Assembly (NCBI GenBank): GCA_963667255.1
Contig: OY762940.1
Coordinates: 159,485-223,484, forward strand
DNA from: Candidatus Cloacimonadota bacterium
Lineage (GTDB): Bacteria > Cloacimonadota > Cloacimonadia > G963667145
Reading direction: 5' to 3'
Length of the DNA stretch: 64,000 nucleotides
The first letter of the stretch is position 1. Each line of letters begins with the position of its first letter. A model generated the notes under the pieces. It had not been told where the DNA came from. It did not search any database and saw only the letters and a list, made by a program, of their open reading frames with translations. Both the position numbers and the translations under genes were made by a program. Below, piece after piece: positions 61,084 through 64,000 of this stretch.

Positions 61084-62969
61084 TTATTGAGCTGAAGATT
61101 GTATAAATTTTGATACTGCGGACAAGACTGCAAAAGCTCATCATGCTTGCCAACGCCGACAATCTCGCCACTGTCCATCACCACTATCTTATCAGCGGAA
61201 ATCACCGTGGACAGCCTATGAGCTATCACAAAAACAGTGCGGTCAGCGGTAACTCTGTCAATGGCAGTTTGCACATTTTTTTCCGCAATCGTGTCCAAGG
61301 CGGAAGTCGCCTCATCAAAAATCAAAATCGGCGGGTCGGAAACCACAGCCCGAGCAATACAAATTCTCTGCTTTTGTCCGCCCGAGAGATTTGCACCTTT
61401 GGATGTCAAAACCTGCTGATATCCGTTAGGCAATTTCCCGATAAATTCGTCGGCAAAAGCTGTCTTGGCAGCCTCGACAACCGCTTTTTCATCGACAACT
61501 CCGTGATGTCCGTAAGCAATATTATTGAAAATCGTATCCGAAAAAAGAATGGAATTTTGCGTAACTATCCCGAACAGCGAACGCAACGAACGGAGCGTAA
61601 ATTCGCGAGTGCAAACCCCATCAACGAGGATTTCCCCATCGGAATAATCGTAAAATCTGGGGAGCAAATTTACCAAAGTGGTTTTCCCGCTGCCGGAAGC
61701 ACCCACAAAAGCAACCGTTTCCCCTTTCAACACATCCAGATTAATATTCTTGAGAACTTTGTCTCCGCCCTCGCTATAGACAAAAGACAGGTTTTTGAAC
61801 TCAATCTTTTCTGCAAAATTTTCAACGGCAAGAGCGTTCTTCTTCTCAACGACACCCGTTTCCAAATCCAAAATCGTGAACACTCTATCCAGAGAAACAT
61901 TGGCTTTTTTCAGGTCAGCATAGCATTTGCTAATCACCTTCGTTGGATGAAGCATGGAAGCCACAGCAGCCAAAAATACCATAAAATCGCCGAAAGTAAA
62001 TCCGCCGTTACCTGCCAAAACAGTCGCTCCACCCAAAAGCAAGATTATCACTATCGTCAAAATGGAGTTGACCTCGGACAACGGAGTGTTGATGGTGCTA
62101 TACATAAGCGATTTCAGCTCATATCGCAAATGTGTGGAGTTGATTTCGTTGAATTTTTTCCGCTCTTCCGCCTCTTTGCAAAAAGCTTTCACTATCCACA
62201 CATTTGCCAAAGATTCCTCCACATGAGAAAAAAGGTCGGAAAACTTGGCTTGAATTTTTTGAGAATATTTCTTGATTTTTTTACCAATCAACCCGATTAT
62301 CAAAGGGAAAAGAGGCAAAACAACGATACTAATAAAAAACAGCTTGGCGTTCATAGAGATGGCTAACACCAAGAAAGCCAACACGATAAGACTATTGCGA
62401 ATAATCTCCATCAAAGATGTAATGTAAAGCAGGCTGATGATGTCCACATCGTTCACCATCCGCACCATAGAGTCGCCAACTTTATTCTTGGAAAAAAACA
62501 ACAAAGATTGCCGCATATAGCTTTCGAACATCTTGTCCCGAACATCCCTGATAGTCAGATATTTCAATTTACCAAAGCAAATCTTGTCTCCGTAAAAAAA
62601 GAGATTTTTGGCAAGAATCGCCACAACGGCAAAAGAACCGACAATCATCAAAAGCAGAAAAGGGTCTGTGCTGAGGAGCAAACCTTTTGAAACATCCCAA
62701 AATGGAGCGAAAGCCTCTTCTCCGCTAAAAATTTGCGACAAAGATGGGAAATACTCCAAACAACTTAATACCCCCTGCCAAAAAGATTTCAGGTCGGTTA
62801 TGGTGTTCATCGCTCCGGACTCACGGACAAAGATGAAATCCAAAACAGGCTTCACAAAGGTGATAGACACAGCCGAAAACAGGGAGTATCCCACCATGAA
62901 AATAAACCCGAAAACCAAGAATGTCCAGTGCCTTAGGGCAATTTTGTATAATCGCTTAACATTATTCAT
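61080..62969 (-). CDS. MsbA-like ABC exporter (TMD + NBD)
   Basis: [33 protein letters not shown]. Confidence 0.9.
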   Translation of the reverse strand: MNNVKRLYKIALRHWTFLVFGFIFMVGYSLFSAVSITFVKPVLDFIFVRESGAMNTITDLKSFWQGVLSCLEYFPSLSQIFSGEEAFAPFWDVSKGLLLSTDPFLLLMIVGSFAVVAILAKNLFFYGDKICFGKLKYLTIRDVRDKMFESYMRQSLLFFSKNKVGDSMVRMVNDVDIISLLYITSLMEIIRNSLIVLAFLVLAISMNAKLFFISIVVLPLFPLIIGLIGKKIKKYSQKIQAKFSDLFSHVEESLANVWIVKAFCKEAEERKKFNEINSTHLRYELKSLMYSTINTPLSEVNSILTIVIILLLGGATVLAGNGGFTFGDFMVFLAAVASMLHPTKVISKCYADLKKANVSLDRVFTILDLETGVVEKKNALAVENFAEKIEFKNLSFVYSEGGDKVLKNINLDVLKGETVAFVGASGSGKTTLVNLLPRFYDYSDGEILVDGVCTREFTLRSLRSLFGIVTQNSILFSDTIFNNIAYGHHGVVDEKAVVEAAKTAFADEFIGKLPNGYQQVLTSKGANLSGGQKQRICIARAVVSDPPILIFDEATSALDTIAEKNVQTAIDRVTADRTVFVIAHRLSTVISADKIVVMDSGEIVGVGKHDELLQSCPQYQNLYNLQLNK

Positions 62970-63731
62970 TTATTTAAACTCACTCAAAAATTTCCACTTT
63001 TTTAGCTCCCGAATCGAACAGTCGTTGGAGATATTGGCAAAAATCGGCGTTATGGAAATTTTATTATTATGCACCGCCTCAATATCGGTTCCGGGGTCTT
63101 CTTGAAAAATCATCTCTTCCACGCCAAAATTGAACTCGATAACCCCGTCGTCCAAGATTTTCCCCTTGCTGAAACTGGTAAATTCACGATGACCAAGCAG
63201 CGTAACAACAACACCCTCCAACTCATCCCGAGTGATTTCCGGCACATTAATGTTCAGAAATTCGCCTTCCTGAATGTAATCCAAAACATTGTTCTGTATC
63301 GCCTGAGCAACGAACTCTGCGGGCAAATCGAAATCCAAACCCTCGAAGCCCAATCTGGAAACGGCAATCGCCTTGTAACCGTGAAAAGTCGCCTCTCTCG
63401 CAGCGGCAACAGTGCCGGAATAATAGATGTCCTCCCCAATGTTCTGACCCTTATTAATCCCCGAAATCACCAAATCGATTTTTTGGTCTGTGAGCAATCT
63501 CTTCTCGGCGAGCAATACACAATCGGCTGGAGTTCCGCTGACTTTGTAACGGTTCTCCTCAACCTTGTAGCAATACAGTGTATCGTGCAGAGTGAGGCTG
63601 TGCGACTTGGCACTTTGCTGAGTCTCGGGAGCCACCACCATAATATTATGCCCATCTCGCTCCAGTCTGCTAATCAGCGTCTGAATGCCAGGAGCATCGT
63701 ATCCGTCATCGTTAGAAACTAAAATATTCAC
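62970..63731 (-). CDS. surE: 5'/3'-nucleotidase SurE
   Basis: ILVSNDDG, GTPADCV, SGIN.G.N, YSGTVAAA. Confidence 0.96.
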   Translation of the reverse strand: MNILVSNDDGYDAPGIQTLISRLERDGHNIMVVAPETQQSAKSHSLTLHDTLYCYKVEENRYKVSGTPADCVLLAEKRLLTDQKIDLVISGINKGQNIGEDIYYSGTVAAAREATFHGYKAIAVSRLGFEGLDFDLPAEFVAQAIQNNVLDYIQEGEFLNINVPEITRDELEGVVVTLLGHREFTSFSKGKILDDGVIEFNFGVEEMIFQEDPGTDIEAVHNNKISITPIFANISNDCSIRELKKWKFLSEFK

Positions 63732-63744
63732 CCTAACTCCTTTA

Positions 63745-64000
63745 TTAATTCCCCAAAAATTTCGGCAACATCAAGGTCAGTTTGGATTTGATTTCGCCAA
63801 AATCGATAGTGCGAAAAGAGTAATCGGAATACAAGCAATCTCCCGCAACCCACACATCGCTGACATCGGAGGCTTGTGCACTGTAAACCAAAAGCGACAC
63901 TATATCGTGCTGTGGGAAAAGATGTGGTTTATCTAAATCCAACAGAATAAAATCCGCCTGTTTGCCGACTTCCAACGACCCAATCTTGTCAGACAAATCC
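63745..64000 (-). CDS. Amidohydrolase C-terminus (MtaD/SsnA-like), partial
   Basis: [11 protein letters not shown]...[17 protein letters not shown]. Confidence 0.8.
   Translation of the reverse strand, partial: DLSDKIGSLEVGKQADFILLDLDKPHLFPQHDIVSLLVYSAQASDVSDVWVAGDCLYSDYSFRTIDFGEIKSKLTLMLPKFLGN

Overview
Bacterial chromosome segment using the standard genetic code. The gene content suggests an FCB-group or Cloacimonadota-like diderm, but that is inference only. Core content is a yhaM-yycJ-lolD-tamB-comEC operon, pdxA/lolE, panE, ispF, nfo, mgtE, the full tuf-S10-spc-alpha ribosomal cluster (31.3-46.7 kb), fabI, three tRNAs and a surE-msbA-acyP-nlpD region. The accessory content is unusual in three ways. 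(1) At least 8 intergenic mosaics are built from about 6 short hairpin families that show compensatory base changes, nest inside one another and in three cases share a CTCGTTCC-type terminus. (2) Two large GLUG-repeat secreted proteins share an apparently identical ~590-bp block, and one is frameshifted. (3) A Type IIG/ISP-like restriction-modification gene is split by a 3.2-kb insert. The insert holds a RAYT (HUH) nuclease truncated by a REP copy, a REP doublet, and a 1079-bp tandemly duplicated pair of small genes, each bounded by hairpins. The best candidate for a new system is this RAYT/multi-REP hairpin-delimited cassette arrangement. All identities and alignments were judged by eye, with no database searches.
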